This document shows, one piece after another, positions 39,235 through 49,095 of a DNA stretch of 64,000 nucleotides. The notes beneath the pieces were generated by a model. It was not told where the DNA came from and did not search any database. It worked only from the letters and a program-made list of their open reading frames with translations. Made by a program: the position numbers and the translations under genes. Within the stretch, counting starts at the first letter, position 1, and the number at the start of each line of letters is the position of its first letter. This DNA is from Deltaproteobacteria bacterium (GTDB lineage Bacteria; Desulfobacterota; Desulfovibrionia; Desulfovibrionales; Desulfovibrionaceae): positions 2,278 through 66,277 of the forward strand of contig JAISBT010000077.1 of assembly GCA_031266055.1 (NCBI GenBank), written 5' to 3'.

Positions 39235-41821
39235 AAAAACTCAAGGCGCCGTCTTTCAGAATCACCTGTACGGATTGTCCGTCGCTTATCTCGCCGCTGA
39301 TTATTTTTTGGGCCAGCGGGGTTTCCACCCGCTGCTGCAAATAGCGGCGCAACGGGCGCGCTCCGTAAGCCGGAGCATAAGCGTTTTGCGCGATAAAACC
39401 GGCGGCTTCCCCGCTTATGTCAAGACTTATTTTGCGGTCGGCCAGCCGTTCGCGTAAACTCGCAAGCAAAAGCCGGACAATTTGCTGAATTTGTCCCAAA
39501 GAAAGCGGCGTGAAGGTGACAATCTCATCCACCCGGTTGAGAAATTCAGGTCTGAAGTGCCTGCGCAGTTCCGCAAGAACGCTGTCGCGCAAATCTTCGC
39601 CCATTTCCCCGTCTTTATGTATGCCTTCCAGCAGCAGGTGGGAGCCGATATTGGAAGTCATGATGATGATGGCGTTTTTGAAATCCACCGTGCGCCCGTG
39701 GCTGTCCGTAAGCCGGCCGTCATCAAGAATTTGCAGCAGGGCGTTAAAAACGTCCGGATGGGCTTTTTCTATTTCATCAAACAGAACAACGCTGTACGGG
39801 CGGCGGCGCACGGCCTCGGTAAGCTGTCCGCCTTCTTCATAGCCCACATAGCCCGGAGGCGAGCCCACAAGACGCGCTACGGCGCTTTTTTCCATGTACT
39901 CGCTCATGTCCAGGCGCACCATGTTTTCTTCCGTGTCAAACAACGCTTTCGCCAGGGTTTTGCAAAGCTCGGTTTTGCCGACTCCGGTGGGGCCGAGAAA
40001 AATAAATGAACCAATGGGGCGCGAGGGGTCGGAAAGCCCGGCGCGGGAACGCAACACCGCTTCGGCGACGGCGTTTACAGCTTCGTCCTGCCCGATCACG
40101 CGTTTATGCAATTCATCCGGCAGGCGCAGCAGTTTTTCTTTTTCCGGGGCCAGAAGCCTGGTGACAGGTATACCGGTCCAGCGGGCCACGATTTCCGCAA
40201 TGTTTTCAGGAAGAACCTCTTCCTTGAGCAGGCGGGAACCGTCCTGATCCGTCGTTTTCGTGTCTTCCAGCTGTTTTTCCAGCTTCAGCAGGGTGGAATA
40301 GCGCAGTTCCGCCGCCTTGTTCAAATCGTAAGCCCGTTCAGCCTCTTCTATTTTACGGCGGGTTTTTTCTATTTCTTCTTTCAGGGCGCGTACTTTGTTG
40401 ATGGAATTTTTTTCTTTTTCCCAGCGGCCCAGGAAAGAGGCCTGCTTTTCACGCAGGGAGGCCAGTTCGTTTTCCAATTTGGCCAGGCGTTCCGAGGAAG
40501 ACCTGTCGGTTTCTTTACGCAGGGCTTCGCGCTCGATTTCCAACTGCATGATCCGGCGTTTTATTTCGTCCAGTTCAGCCGGCATGGAGTCTATTTCCGT
40601 GCGGATCATGGCTGCGGCTTCATCAATCAGGTCAATGGCCTTATCCGGCAGCTGCCGGTCGCTTATATAGCGGGTGGACAAAAGCACCGCCTCCACGATG
40701 GCCGAATCCGCAATACGCACCCCGTGGTGCACCTCAAAGCGTTCTTTGAGTCCGCGCAGAATGGAAATAGCGTCTTCGGTTCCCGGTTCCTCCACGAGCA
40801 GGGGTTGAAAACGCCGTTCCAGAGCCGGGTCTTTTTCAATGTATTTGCGGTATTCATCCAGCGTGGTGGCTCCGATGCAGTGCAGTTCGCCCCTGGCCAG
40901 CATGGGTTTAAGGATGTTGCCGGCGTCCAGGGCGCCGTCCGTACGCCCGGCGCCGACAATTGTATGCAGTTCGTCAATGAACAGAATAATTTCGCCTTCG
41001 GACTGCTCTATTTCTTTCAGCACCGCTTTCAAGCGTTCTTCAAATTCTCCCCGGTATTTGGCCCCGGCAATCAGAGCGCCCATATCCAGGGCGAAAAGCA
41101 TTTTGTTTTTGAGACTTTCCGGCACGTCCCCATTCAGGATGCGGTGCGCCAGTCCCTCCACAATGGCGGTTTTGCCGACGCCCGGTTCCCCGATTAAAAC
41201 CGGATTGTTTTTGGTACGGCGCGAAAGAATGCGCACCGCCCGGCGTATTTCGGCATCGCGGCCGATGACCGGGTCAAGTTTGCCTTTGCGGGCTTCTTCC
41301 ACCAGATCGCGCCCGAAACGCTCCAGAGCTTCGTAGCTTTCTTCAGGGTTACGGCTGGTTACACGCTGATTGCCGCGAATCTGGTTCATGGCGGCTAAAA
41401 TTTTATCCCGGGTAATCCCAAAGGCTTTATTTACGCGGCCGAGGGGCGTCCGGTCATTTTCACCGGCCAATTCCAAGAAAAGATGCTCAACGCTCACATA
41501 TTCGTCTTTAAGCCGCTTGGCGCCATCCTCAGCGCGGGTCAAAACCTGGCGCAGCCCGGCGCTGACGCTGAGTTGAGCGTTATCCGCGCCCGGGCCGCTG
41601 ACCGAAGGCTTTTTTTTAAGTTCAGCCAGCAGGGCTTCGGCATAATCTTCGGGTTTAAATCCCATGCGTTCAAGCAGGCGCCCAGCCAGGCCTTTTTCCT
41701 GTTCAACCAGCGCCAGAGCCAGGTGCTCCGCCTCCACGCTCTGATGGCCCAGCCGGATGGCGCAACTTTGCGCATCCGACAAGGCCAGTTGTGATTTTTC
41801 CGTAAATTTGTTTAAATCCAT
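39212..41821 (-). CDS. clpB: ATP-dependent chaperone ClpB
   Basis: Two AAA+ modules ([13 protein letters not shown] and [12 protein letters not shown]) with a long coiled-coil middle domain. The start was set at [11 protein letters not shown] (41821). The 64-codon upstream extension overlaps the cbpA-like gene. Confidence 0.97.
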   Translation of the reverse strand: MDLNKFTEKSQLALSDAQSCAIRLGHQSVEAEHLALALVEQEKGLAGRLLERMGFKPEDYAEALLAELKKKPSVSGPGADNAQLSVSAGLRQVLTRAEDGAKRLKDEYVSVEHLFLELAGENDRTPLGRVNKAFGITRDKILAAMNQIRGNQRVTSRNPEESYEALERFGRDLVEEARKGKLDPVIGRDAEIRRAVRILSRRTKNNPVLIGEPGVGKTAIVEGLAHRILNGDVPESLKNKMLFALDMGALIAGAKYRGEFEERLKAVLKEIEQSEGEIILFIDELHTIVGAGRTDGALDAGNILKPMLARGELHCIGATTLDEYRKYIEKDPALERRFQPLLVEEPGTEDAISILRGLKERFEVHHGVRIADSAIVEAVLLSTRYISDRQLPDKAIDLIDEAAAMIRTEIDSMPAELDEIKRRIMQLEIEREALRKETDRSSSERLAKLENELASLREKQASFLGRWEKEKNSINKVRALKEEIEKTRRKIEEAERAYDLNKAAELRYSTLLKLEKQLEDTKTTDQDGSRLLKEEVLPENIAEIVARWTGIPVTRLLAPEKEKLLRLPDELHKRVIGQDEAVNAVAEAVLRSRAGLSDPSRPIGSFIFLGPTGVGKTELCKTLAKALFDTEENMVRLDMSEYMEKSAVARLVGSPPGYVGYEEGGQLTEAVRRRPYSVVLFDEIEKAHPDVFNALLQILDDGRLTDSHGRTVDFKNAIIIMTSNIGSHLLLEGIHKDGEMGEDLRDSVLAELRRHFRPEFLNRVDEIVTFTPLSLGQIQQIVRLLLASLRERLADRKISLDISGEAAGFIAQNAYAPAYGARPLRRYLQQRVETPLAQKIISGEISDGQSVQVILKDGALSFSIADRRP

Positions 41822-41844
41822 AATGTTAGCCTCATAACCGCGCC

Positions 41845-42798
41845 TCAGCGCGCCTTGAAGGACGAGGCGGCGGCCAGCGCCTCCCAATGGCGTTTTTCGT
41901 CGTCCGTAAGGGTTGCCGGCACCAGGATGTTTACCCGTATAAACTGATCCCCTTTGTTTTCTCCGCTGCCCATGCCCCGGCCGCGCATACGCAATTTTTT
42001 TCCGCTGCTGCAACCGGGGGGCAGGTTTATTTCCACCTCGCCGTCCAGGGTCGGAACACGGAGCTTGACGCCCAGAACAGCTTCCCAGGGGGCAAGGGCG
42101 AGGTCGTAGATCAGGTTGTTCTGCTCCAGGGTAAACTGTTTGTGCGGTAAAAGATTAACGCGCAGGTAAAGATCGCCGGGCTGGCCGCCCGCTCCCGGGT
42201 TGCCCTGGCCGGCCAGACGTATTCTGGCGCCTTCTTTGATCCCGGCCGGGATGTTCACCTCCAGCTCTTTTTGCCCGTGTACGCTGTTGATATTTACGTT
42301 TTTCATGCCTCCGCGGTAGGCTTCTTCCAGGGTCAGGGGCAGGGCGGCTTCGGCATCTCTGCCTCTTTTGGCTTTGCGGTTGAAGTTGCCGAAGGGATCC
42401 GGCCCGAAATTCCGGCCGTGACCGCCGCCGCCGAACAGCGTTTCAAAAAAATCGCTGAAGCTGGATTTGTCAAAGCCGCTTCCGTGCATCCCGCCCATTT
42501 CATCCGGGCCTCCGGAATAGGTGAAGTGAAAATCTTCAAAACCCGGCGGACGCTGAAAATTTTGGCCGTGCTGCCAGTTGGGGCCAAGCTTGTCATAGAG
42601 CTTGCGCTTTTCGTCATCTTTAAGAACTTCGTAAGCCTCGTTGATTTCTCTGAACTTTGCTTCAGCGGTTTTATTGCCGGGGTTTAAATCCGGGTGGTAT
42701 TTTTTGGCCAATTTTTTGTAGGCCTTGCCGATATCATCTTTGGCGGCGTTGCGCGCAATGCCGAGAAGTTTATAGTAATCCTTGTATTCAACGCCCAT
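41845..42798 (-). CDS. cbpA: J-domain co-chaperone, CbpA-like (no zinc-finger domain)
   Basis: DYYKLLGI...[12 protein letters not shown]-domain with HPD, a G/F-rich linker and a DnaJ C-terminal domain. The CxxCxGxG repeats are absent. Confidence 0.88.
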   Translation of the reverse strand: MGVEYKDYYKLLGIARNAAKDDIGKAYKKLAKKYHPDLNPGNKTAEAKFREINEAYEVLKDDEKRKLYDKLGPNWQHGQNFQRPPGFEDFHFTYSGGPDEMGGMHGSGFDKSSFSDFFETLFGGGGHGRNFGPDPFGNFNRKAKRGRDAEAALPLTLEEAYRGGMKNVNINSVHGQKELEVNIPAGIKEGARIRLAGQGNPGAGGQPGDLYLRVNLLPHKQFTLEQNNLIYDLALAPWEAVLGVKLRVPTLDGEVEINLPPGCSSGKKLRMRGRGMGSGENKGDQFIRVNILVPATLTDDEKRHWEALAAASSFKAR

Positions 42799-42966
42799 AT
42801 TGGTTAATTCTCCTTAAAGCGGCCGCGCAAGCGTAAAATGCTGCAAATGCTGAAATCACGCTGATATTTTTGGTGAATTTATATAATCTGAACATAACTA
42901 ACGCGCAAACGCGGTTAGTCAAGATGTATATTTACCGCCTTTTCAGCGTCAAATTAAAGGAGCGTT

Positions 42967-43914
42967 ATGAATTTGCCCCAGGAACAGGCCAGGCTGCTTA
43001 TTGAATGCCTGCCGTACATCAGGCGGTTTTATGGCGAAACAGTGGTAATAAAATATGGCGGACACGCCATGGAAAACGGACGGCTGAAGCAGGCTTTCGC
43101 CCTTAACATAGCTTTGCTGCGGTATGTGGGGATCCATCCGGTCATTGTGCATGGCGGAGGACCGCAAATCGGCCGCATGCTGGAGAACCTGCATATAAAA
43201 TCCACTTTTTACGAGGGACAGCGTGTCACGGACGAGGCCACCATGGAGGTGGTGGAAATGGTTCTGGTGGGCACGGTGAACAGTGAAATTGTCAATTTGC
43301 TCAACCTTGCCGGGGTGAAGGCTGTGGGACTCTCCGGCAAGGACGGGCATAGCGTGCGGGCTGAAAAGCTGCTGCTTGCCCCGGACAATGCCGGGGGTCA
43401 AACGGAGCAATCCGCGCAGGGCGCGGAAATAATCGATTTGGGCAAAGTAGGCAAAGTCGCCGGCGTGGATGCCGGATTGATTCTGTCCCTGAGCGCGGAC
43501 GGGTTTATTCCGGTGATTGCCCCGGTGGGAGTGGATAAGCACGGAGAAACCTACAATATCAATGCCGATTCAGTCGCCGGAGCTGTCGCCGCCGCGCTCA
43601 AGGCCAAGCGGCTGCTTCTTTTGACGGATGTGGAAGGAGTGCTGGATGCGGATAAAAAGCTCATCCAATCCATCCCGGCGCGGGAAGCGCGGATTTTGTT
43701 GGCGGACGGGACGCTGAAAGGCGGCATGATACCGAAAATAAGGTGTTGCCTTGAGGCGTTGGAGGGGGGAGTGGAAAAAGCCATGATTATTGACGGCAGG
43801 GTGGAAAATTGTATTTTGCTTGAGCTTTTTACCAACAGCGGCATCGGCACGGAAATTGTCCACAGCGCTGAAGATACCGGAGTCGGCGAACATTATCCCA
43901 GTTTTGAAGCGTGA
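42967..43914 (+). CDS. argB: Acetylglutamate kinase
   Basis: VIKYGGHAM and [10 protein letters not shown] motifs. 315 aa. Confidence 0.93.
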   Translation: MNLPQEQARLLIECLPYIRRFYGETVVIKYGGHAMENGRLKQAFALNIALLRYVGIHPVIVHGGGPQIGRMLENLHIKSTFYEGQRVTDEATMEVVEMVLVGTVNSEIVNLLNLAGVKAVGLSGKDGHSVRAEKLLLAPDNAGGQTEQSAQGAEIIDLGKVGKVAGVDAGLILSLSADGFIPVIAPVGVDKHGETYNINADSVAGAVAAALKAKRLLLLTDVEGVLDADKKLIQSIPAREARILLADGTLKGGMIPKIRCCLEALEGGVEKAMIIDGRVENCILLELFTNSGIGTEIVHSAEDTGVGEHYPSFEA

Positions 43915-44085
43915 AGAAAAGCCGTGCAAAAACCGTGCTTTTTGCCCGGTTCACACCTCCGGAATAATTCCCTCTTGACTGTTCCATTTTTGTTCTTATT
44001 TTTCCGGTATAATTTCATTTCCGAATCAAAAAAGCTCTGTTTTGAGCCGGAATTTGAGAAAGATAAAAATGTCAGGAGGATTATT

Positions 44086-44586
44086 ATGAACTCACTTTCA
44101 ATTTTGACACCCAGAAACTGGATCAGAAGAACTGAGCCGGATTTGAACAGGTTCAGCGGGTTGGATCGGCTTTTTGACGTGCTGCTGGACGGTCTGTCTT
44201 TAAGCGGCCGGGATGCGCAAACGGAAAGTAAAAGTACGCTTGTCCCCAGGCTCGATATACACAAGGAAGACCACCAGTATTCCATCAATGTGGAAATACC
44301 CGGGGTTGAAGAAAAGGATATGCGCATTGAAGTAAAAGGCAACGAACTCGCCATAAGCGGCGAAAAGCGCTACGCGCGCGAGACGCAGGGCAAAGGCGGC
44401 TCTTCTCCGGCGAATTATTACAGCGAGCGCAGTTACGGCAGCTTTACGCGCGTCGTTACCCTGCCCGAGGATGTGGATTCGAACGCTATTGCCGCTAATT
44501 ACAAAAATGGAGTGCTTACCTTGCTCCTGCCGCGCAGGGAACCCGAAAAATCCAAAAGCAGAACCATCAGCGTAACCAACGTCTGA
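44086..44586 (+). CDS. Hsp20/alpha-crystallin family small heat-shock protein
   Basis: Alpha-crystallin core (PRLDIHKEDHQYSINVEIPGVEEKDMRIEVKGNELAISGE...GSFTRVVTLPEDVD...A.YKNGVLTLLLPR). The start is at the ATG behind AGGAGGA. Confidence 0.9.
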   Translation: MNSLSILTPRNWIRRTEPDLNRFSGLDRLFDVLLDGLSLSGRDAQTESKSTLVPRLDIHKEDHQYSINVEIPGVEEKDMRIEVKGNELAISGEKRYARETQGKGGSSPANYYSERSYGSFTRVVTLPEDVDSNAIAANYKNGVLTLLLPRREPEKSKSRTISVTNV

Positions 44587-44619
44587 TTTGGTAGCGCTTA
44601 TTTTGCAAATAAGCGCCAG

Positions 44620-44960
44620 TACGCCGCAATATTTAAAAGTTCGCATGGAACAGCGTACTAGCCGCGTCCGGCGGGGATTACCCCCACTGAACCGCTTGAA
44701 CAGTCAATACGGAAATAGTTGGAAACGATTTTTCCGTATTGACTGTAATTCATGAAGTATTATTTCGCTCCGGCGGCGTTGCCGCCGGTATTGCTTAGTG
44801 CGCTGTCCCGCTTAAAAATGCAGGTCAAACAGCGTACTGGACGCCGGGCGGCGAGCCCGGCGCGCCGCCTTAAGGCGGCGGAGCAAAGCAAAAACCACGT
44901 TTTTTGCTTTGCGATCTTCACACTTCAAACGTAGCGAAGCGAAGTTTTAAGTGTGACATG
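44620..44960. repeat. Hairpin-rich intergenic composite (further repeat modules)
   Basis: A 15-bp perfect hairpin, CAGTCAATACGGAAA (44701-44715) / TTTCCGTATTGACTG (44731-44745). Also GCAAAGCAAAAACCACGTTTTTTGCTTTGC (44883-44912), which shares its centre AAAACCACGTTTTT with hairpin 2 of family A, and CACACTT...AAGTGTG. Confidence 0.7.
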
Positions 44961-44980
44961 GTACTGGGCCGGGGATGGAA

Positions 44981-46396
44981 TCATGCCGGCAACTCCCAGA
45001 AAATCCGCTGCAATCTCGCCTGGCCGGCAAACATGCCCGCGCCGTCCATAACCCGGCAGCCGGCCGCTCCGGCCGCCCGCAAAAACGCGCTTGGCTTACC
45101 GTAAGAAAGATCCAGAGCCAGGGCGCCGGCTTGAAAGGGAATTTCCTCAAAAGCCAAGGAAACTCCAAAAGGCAGAGCATTGATTATAACATCGTAAGGC
45201 TTGGTCCGCAGTTCGCCGAGGCGGGAAAAAGCCCGCGTCGCAAGCGCGGAAGAAGCGCCAGGCAGTTTTTTTCCGGGAGTTCTGTTGTAGATCGCAAGAA
45301 CCGCTCCGCGTCTGTCCGCCTCATGGATAACCGCTTTGGCCGCGCCGCCCGCGCCAAGCACAACTACGGTTTTCCCCCGCCAGGAGCGTATTTCATCCAC
45401 TGAATCCAAAGCCCCTGCGCCGTCCGTATTCGTGGCGCTGAACCCGTCCGGCCCGGCTTTCAGGGTATTGACCGCCCCAATGGCCCGCCCCGTTTCGTCA
45501 ATAGCCGCCAGAAAAGGCATTACCGCCTCTTTCAGCGGCATGGTTATGCTCAATCCGGCCACGCCCAAAGCGCGCAGCAATGCAAGGGCCTGCCGGGTTT
45601 CCCCGCCGGTAATGCGCCATTTTACGTACACGGCATTACAAGCGGACGAGGCATTACGCTCATTGTGATACACATGCCCGATGCTTTGCCCGACCGGATC
45701 CCCCAAAAGCCCGTAAACAGCCGTGTCCCCGTCAAGGCTCGCAAAATTGTATACCTCGCGCAAAGTTGCCGCATCCAGTTGGCCGGGAGCGGACGCTTCA
45801 TCCACCGGGCAATAACAGAACCCCGTATGCGCCACCGGAGCCAGCACACGCGTGCTGATCCCGTCTTCTCCCATACAAATGCCGATCAGCGGCACTCCGC
45901 GAGCTTTCTGCTCCTTGCAAAAGACGAGCATGCGCAACGCATCCAGGCCGCTCCGCGCATAGGCGGCTATTTTATACACGGCCCCGCCGGCTTTTTGCAT
46001 CATGGAATCAAGTATGCTCCGCAGCGCAATTGGAGTCCGGTTGAAATCATGCTGCGACAAAATAATTTTTGTATCCGGAGAAAGAGAACGTATATAGGCT
46101 GTCCGCTCCGGCGCCACAGAAGCTTCTATGTCAAGGTAAGCAGGTTTGAGCCGCATCAAAGCGGCAAGCATCTCCAGCCGCTCCTCTTCGCCCTTGGGGT
46201 ACAAACCGCCTTCCGCCTTGCAGCGCAGAGTGAAGATGGCCGGAAGCGGCAAAGCAAGGCCGGCGAGCGCAACCGGATCCAAATCCGCGCAGGCGTCCAG
46301 CCGTAATTCAAGAACGTCATATGAGGAACTGTCCATACGTTCAAGCAAAGCGGCAAGTTCAGCCATGCTTTTTTTTTGAATCACGCCTACCAGCAA
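44981..46396 (-). CDS. aroDE: Bifunctional 3-dehydroquinate dehydratase (type I) / shikimate dehydrogenase
   Basis: The N-terminal half has type I DHQase features (LELRLD, YKIAAYA catalytic Lys region). The C-terminal half is shikimate dehydrogenase (GLLGDPVGQSIGHVYHN, LSITMPLK, VLGAGGAAKA). The start is uncertain: TTG at 46396 or ATG at 46366. The ORF-track start 46588 is probably too far upstream. Confidence 0.85.
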   Translation of the reverse strand: MLVGVIQKKSMAELAALLERMDSSSYDVLELRLDACADLDPVALAGLALPLPAIFTLRCKAEGGLYPKGEEERLEMLAALMRLKPAYLDIEASVAPERTAYIRSLSPDTKIILSQHDFNRTPIALRSILDSMMQKAGGAVYKIAAYARSGLDALRMLVFCKEQKARGVPLIGICMGEDGISTRVLAPVAHTGFCYCPVDEASAPGQLDAATLREVYNFASLDGDTAVYGLLGDPVGQSIGHVYHNERNASSACNAVYVKWRITGGETRQALALLRALGVAGLSITMPLKEAVMPFLAAIDETGRAIGAVNTLKAGPDGFSATNTDGAGALDSVDEIRSWRGKTVVVLGAGGAAKAVIHEADRRGAVLAIYNRTPGKKLPGASSALATRAFSRLGELRTKPYDVIINALPFGVSLAFEEIPFQAGALALDLSYGKPSAFLRAAGAAGCRVMDGAGMFAGQARLQRIFWELPA

Positions 46397-46755
46397 AATA
46401 GTTCCCCATAAAGCCCGGAGATATGATGATTGAACAGGGCTGAACAACAGCCTGCCCGGCCTTGCATCCCGTGGGTTGCGCTTCAGGCGTGAAACAACCG
46501 GCACAGAGCCAACCAAAGGAGGACAAGACCGGTGAAAAAGGTACTCCATGCAGGCATGGGCGTCCACAAGAAAAGTATATCCGTCCAAAGGGCAGAGGCA
46601 TCTTATACCATCTCTACGTCAAAACTGCATCCATGCAGTTTTGACGTATCGGCTGCGGCGGAAGCTTGGGTTCCGCCTTGGCTCCGAAATGCTTCGCATT
46701 TCAGCACGACGTCCTTCCGTGCATTCCAATTCCAATTAAAAATTAACACATTTTT

Positions 46756-46895
46756 ACTGATATCCGCATTGAAAAGTAAACTTTTCCCTGCGAGGATCGT
46801 CAACCGAAAAACGTGGTTTTCGGTTGACTCTCGCCGCTTCGCGTCGACATCAGCCTGACGGCTGATGCTCAGATTTCCATGCGGAAATCTGTAAT
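46756..46895 (+). repeat. Family A five-hairpin element, copy 4
   Basis: Same element as 35637-35776, with a 1-nt deletion in hairpin 1 and point changes in hairpins 3 and 4. Lies about 210 bp upstream of tRNA-Val. Confidence 0.9.
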
Positions 46896-47105
46896 TGGAA
46901 TTATTGCGCCTGACCTGTATATCCGTTGCTTGTACGGCTGAAGGCGGAGACATCCGCCATTACGGAACAATACCGAATCATTTTGCGGCATTGGGTTATG
47001 CTGTTGAAAAGTTTTCTTGTAAAGGACTTGCTTTTTACCGCATAGCTGGATATGTATTCTGCTCCTCTTATTTCAGTTGCCTCGGTTTTCAGTTGCCTCG
47101 GTTCC

Positions 47106-47181
47106 GGGCGGTTAGCTCAGTTGGTAGAGCATCGGCCTTACAAGCCGGGGGCCACAGGTTCGAGCCCTGTACCGCCCACCA
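47106..47181 (+). tRNA. tRNA-Val (anticodon TAC)
   Basis: Manual cloverleaf: acceptor GGGCGGT/ACCGCCC, D-arm GCTCAGTTGGTAGAGC, anticodon loop CTTACAA, T-arm ACAGGTTCGAGCCCTGT. CCA is encoded. Confidence 0.93.
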
Positions 47182-47315
47182 CTAGTCACACAAGGGTTTG
47201 CGTTGAAAGACGCGAACTCTTTTTTCAACCCATTGTCAACAGATTCTCAACACCTGTTTGACCAGCTAATTTGCTTTTTCACGTGCGCCGAGGGCCTACT
47301 TCAGGAGGTCTTCAT

Positions 47316-48572
47316 ATGGCGACACACAAAAGGGTAACAACTCGTTTCACCGGAGTATTCACCAGAACCACGTCAGATCCCAAGCGCAAGCATAATGGGC
47401 GACCTGACCGCGTGTTCGACATTTATTGGCGAGACGCGGATGGAAAACAATGCTGGGAAGTGACCGGCTGGCTGTCGGAGGGCATGACCGAACAGGCCGC
47501 CTTTAATCTGCGGACTGAACGTCTGGCAGCCGTCAAAAAATCTGTTTCATTCTCTCCCATTCAAGGTTCTCTACCAACTGGCGCACAGCAAACTCAGCCA
47601 TTACCGGAGGATCCGCAAAAGCCTGCGTTGGACACCCCGCTATTTTCCACCATTGCAGAGAATTATCTTCGTTGGTTGGAAGGTGAAAGCAAATATGCGG
47701 ATCGGGAAAAATTTCGTTATGACACACATTTACTGAAACCGCTGGGCAACGTGCCTGTTGATCAAATCGCGATCACGAATGCCAATAACTTTAAGCACCA
47801 ACTTATGCCCAAAATGGCAATAGGTACAGTTAAAAAATGTTTGAGTCTTTGCCGCGCAATGTATTTCTATGCGTCACTTACCGGGGCCTATTCGGGTCTC
47901 AACCCTTTCAGCAGGCGATGCGGTTTCAACATGCCGAAAGGAGCTACCGAGTGCGAAAGGTTTCTGACCCCGGACGAGGCGAAAATATTATTGGCCGAAC
48001 TGGCAAAGCGTAGCCCCCAATTAAGAAACATGTGCTATGTGTCCCTGCACACAGGAATAAGGCCTTGCGAGCTTTATTCCATCCGCGGCGGAGATTTGGT
48101 TCCGCAAGCTGGATTTTTCTGGGTTGACGGAAAAGGCGGAAAGCGTGAAAAGGTCGCCGCCAGCAAAGAAATTCTGGAGATTCTGGGGAATTATAAACGC
48201 AAGCCACATGAGTATATTTTTCAATCTAAAAGCGGCGGAAAAATAAAGCAAACTTCCGATACATTGCGCCGTACTGTGGAGGATCTGGGGCTCTCACCTC
48301 GAACTGTCATCAAAAAAGGGGGAAAGGAAGTTCGAGTTAAAATGGCACCTGAGGAAAAAAAAGAGTACCAGCGCAAAAAAATATGGCTTCACACATTTCG
48401 GCACACTTTTGCAAGCTGGTTGGCTCAAAGCGGCACAGTGACTTTGCTGGAACTGAGGGATTTACTCCGTCACGAATCCACGCAAATGACAGAACGATAT
48501 GCACACATGATACCTGACAAACTTGTTGAGCAATCGAGTAAAATCAATAAAATTCTAGGTGAAGTCGCCTAA
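47316..48572 (+). CDS. int: Tyrosine-type site-specific integrase
   Basis: Catalytic residues in context: LHTGIRPCEL (Arg), HTFRHTFASWL (His-x-x-Arg) and HESTQMTERYAH (Tyr). The start is at the ATG behind AGGAGG, directly downstream of tRNA-Val. Confidence 0.92.
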   Translation: MATHKRVTTRFTGVFTRTTSDPKRKHNGRPDRVFDIYWRDADGKQCWEVTGWLSEGMTEQAAFNLRTERLAAVKKSVSFSPIQGSLPTGAQQTQPLPEDPQKPALDTPLFSTIAENYLRWLEGESKYADREKFRYDTHLLKPLGNVPVDQIAITNANNFKHQLMPKMAIGTVKKCLSLCRAMYFYASLTGAYSGLNPFSRRCGFNMPKGATECERFLTPDEAKILLAELAKRSPQLRNMCYVSLHTGIRPCELYSIRGGDLVPQAGFFWVDGKGGKREKVAASKEILEILGNYKRKPHEYIFQSKSGGKIKQTSDTLRRTVEDLGLSPRTVIKKGGKEVRVKMAPEEKKEYQRKKIWLHTFRHTFASWLAQSGTVTLLELRDLLRHESTQMTERYAHMIPDKLVEQSSKINKILGEVA

Positions 48573-48581
48573 TACTCATAG

Positions 48582-48614
48582 GCGAGGGGCATGGCTGACT
48601 GGCCTGCCCCTCGT
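48582..48614. terminator. Hairpin between the convergent int and xis-like genes
   Basis: CGAGGGGC (48583-48590) pairs with GCCCCTCG (48606-48613). It sits exactly between two convergent stop codons. Confidence 0.5.
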
Positions 48615-48803
48615 CTATGCTGTGGTTAAAACCCGCTTCGACTCAATCCACTGTTCAACATCTTTGGGTTTATAGCGTATATGTTTCCCCAGTTTGTGAT
48701 AGGACGGCCCCATCTTAAGGGATCGCCATTTTTCAAGCGTTGTTGTCGGGATATTATACATCTCCTCAACCTCCACGGGGGAAAGTAACTTTTCAGTTAT
48801 CAT
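48615..48803 (-). CDS. Excisionase/AlpA-like helix-turn-helix protein
   Basis: LLSPVEVEEMYNIPTTTLEKWRSLKMGPSYHKLGKHIRYKPKDVEQWI matches the MerR-superfamily Xis/AlpA pattern. The start was chosen 6 nt after GGAGG. Confidence 0.75.
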   Translation of the reverse strand: MITEKLLSPVEVEEMYNIPTTTLEKWRSLKMGPSYHKLGKHIRYKPKDVEQWIESKRVLTTA

Positions 48804-49026
48804 TGCCATCCTCCCGCCCTTTATCCGCAAGGCAGGCGCCGGCCCGTAAAAACATTTCAAGATCAGATTTGCGGTATCTTATGGTTCCGTTTGCCAACCT
48901 GAAAAAAGTTATCTTTTTCTGCTTCCTCCACAGCCACAACGTATTCGGGCTGATATGGAGCAGGTAGGCCGCCTCCTTCTCGGTCCACATCCTCTCATCA
49001 ATACTCGTTACAAGATCCTCGGTCAT
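48793..49026 (-). CDS. Second excisionase-family helix-turn-helix protein
   Basis: WTEKEAAYLLHISPNTLWLWRKQKKITFFRLANGTIRYRKSDLEMFL fits the HTH_17/excisionase pattern. GGAGG RBS. Confidence 0.75.
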   Translation of the reverse strand: MTEDLVTSIDERMWTEKEAAYLLHISPNTLWLWRKQKKITFFRLANGTIRYRKSDLEMFLRAGACLADKGREDGNDN

Positions 49027-49095
49027 AAAAACCTCCAGATATAGATTTCATACCTGGAGGCTTTGGGAGACGTACTTAAGCAAATTGGATTGCGC

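Noticed and set aside
40106-41197. 363-aa plus-strand ORF.
   Set aside because: It is antisense to clpB. It is rich in Phe/Gly/Gln runs with no motifs.
41822-42013. 64-codon N-terminal extension of the clpB ORF ([15 protein letters not shown]...).
   Set aside because: It overlaps the 3' end of the cbpA-like gene in another frame, is basic and low-complexity, and the canonical ClpB N-terminus [14 protein letters not shown] starts at 41821.
46397-46588. Upstream 64 codons of the aroDE ORF.
   Set aside because: This part does not look like the type I dehydroquinase N-terminus. A GGGGA-preceded TTG at 46396 starts right at the first predicted beta-strand (LLVGVIQKK). The exact start remains uncertain.
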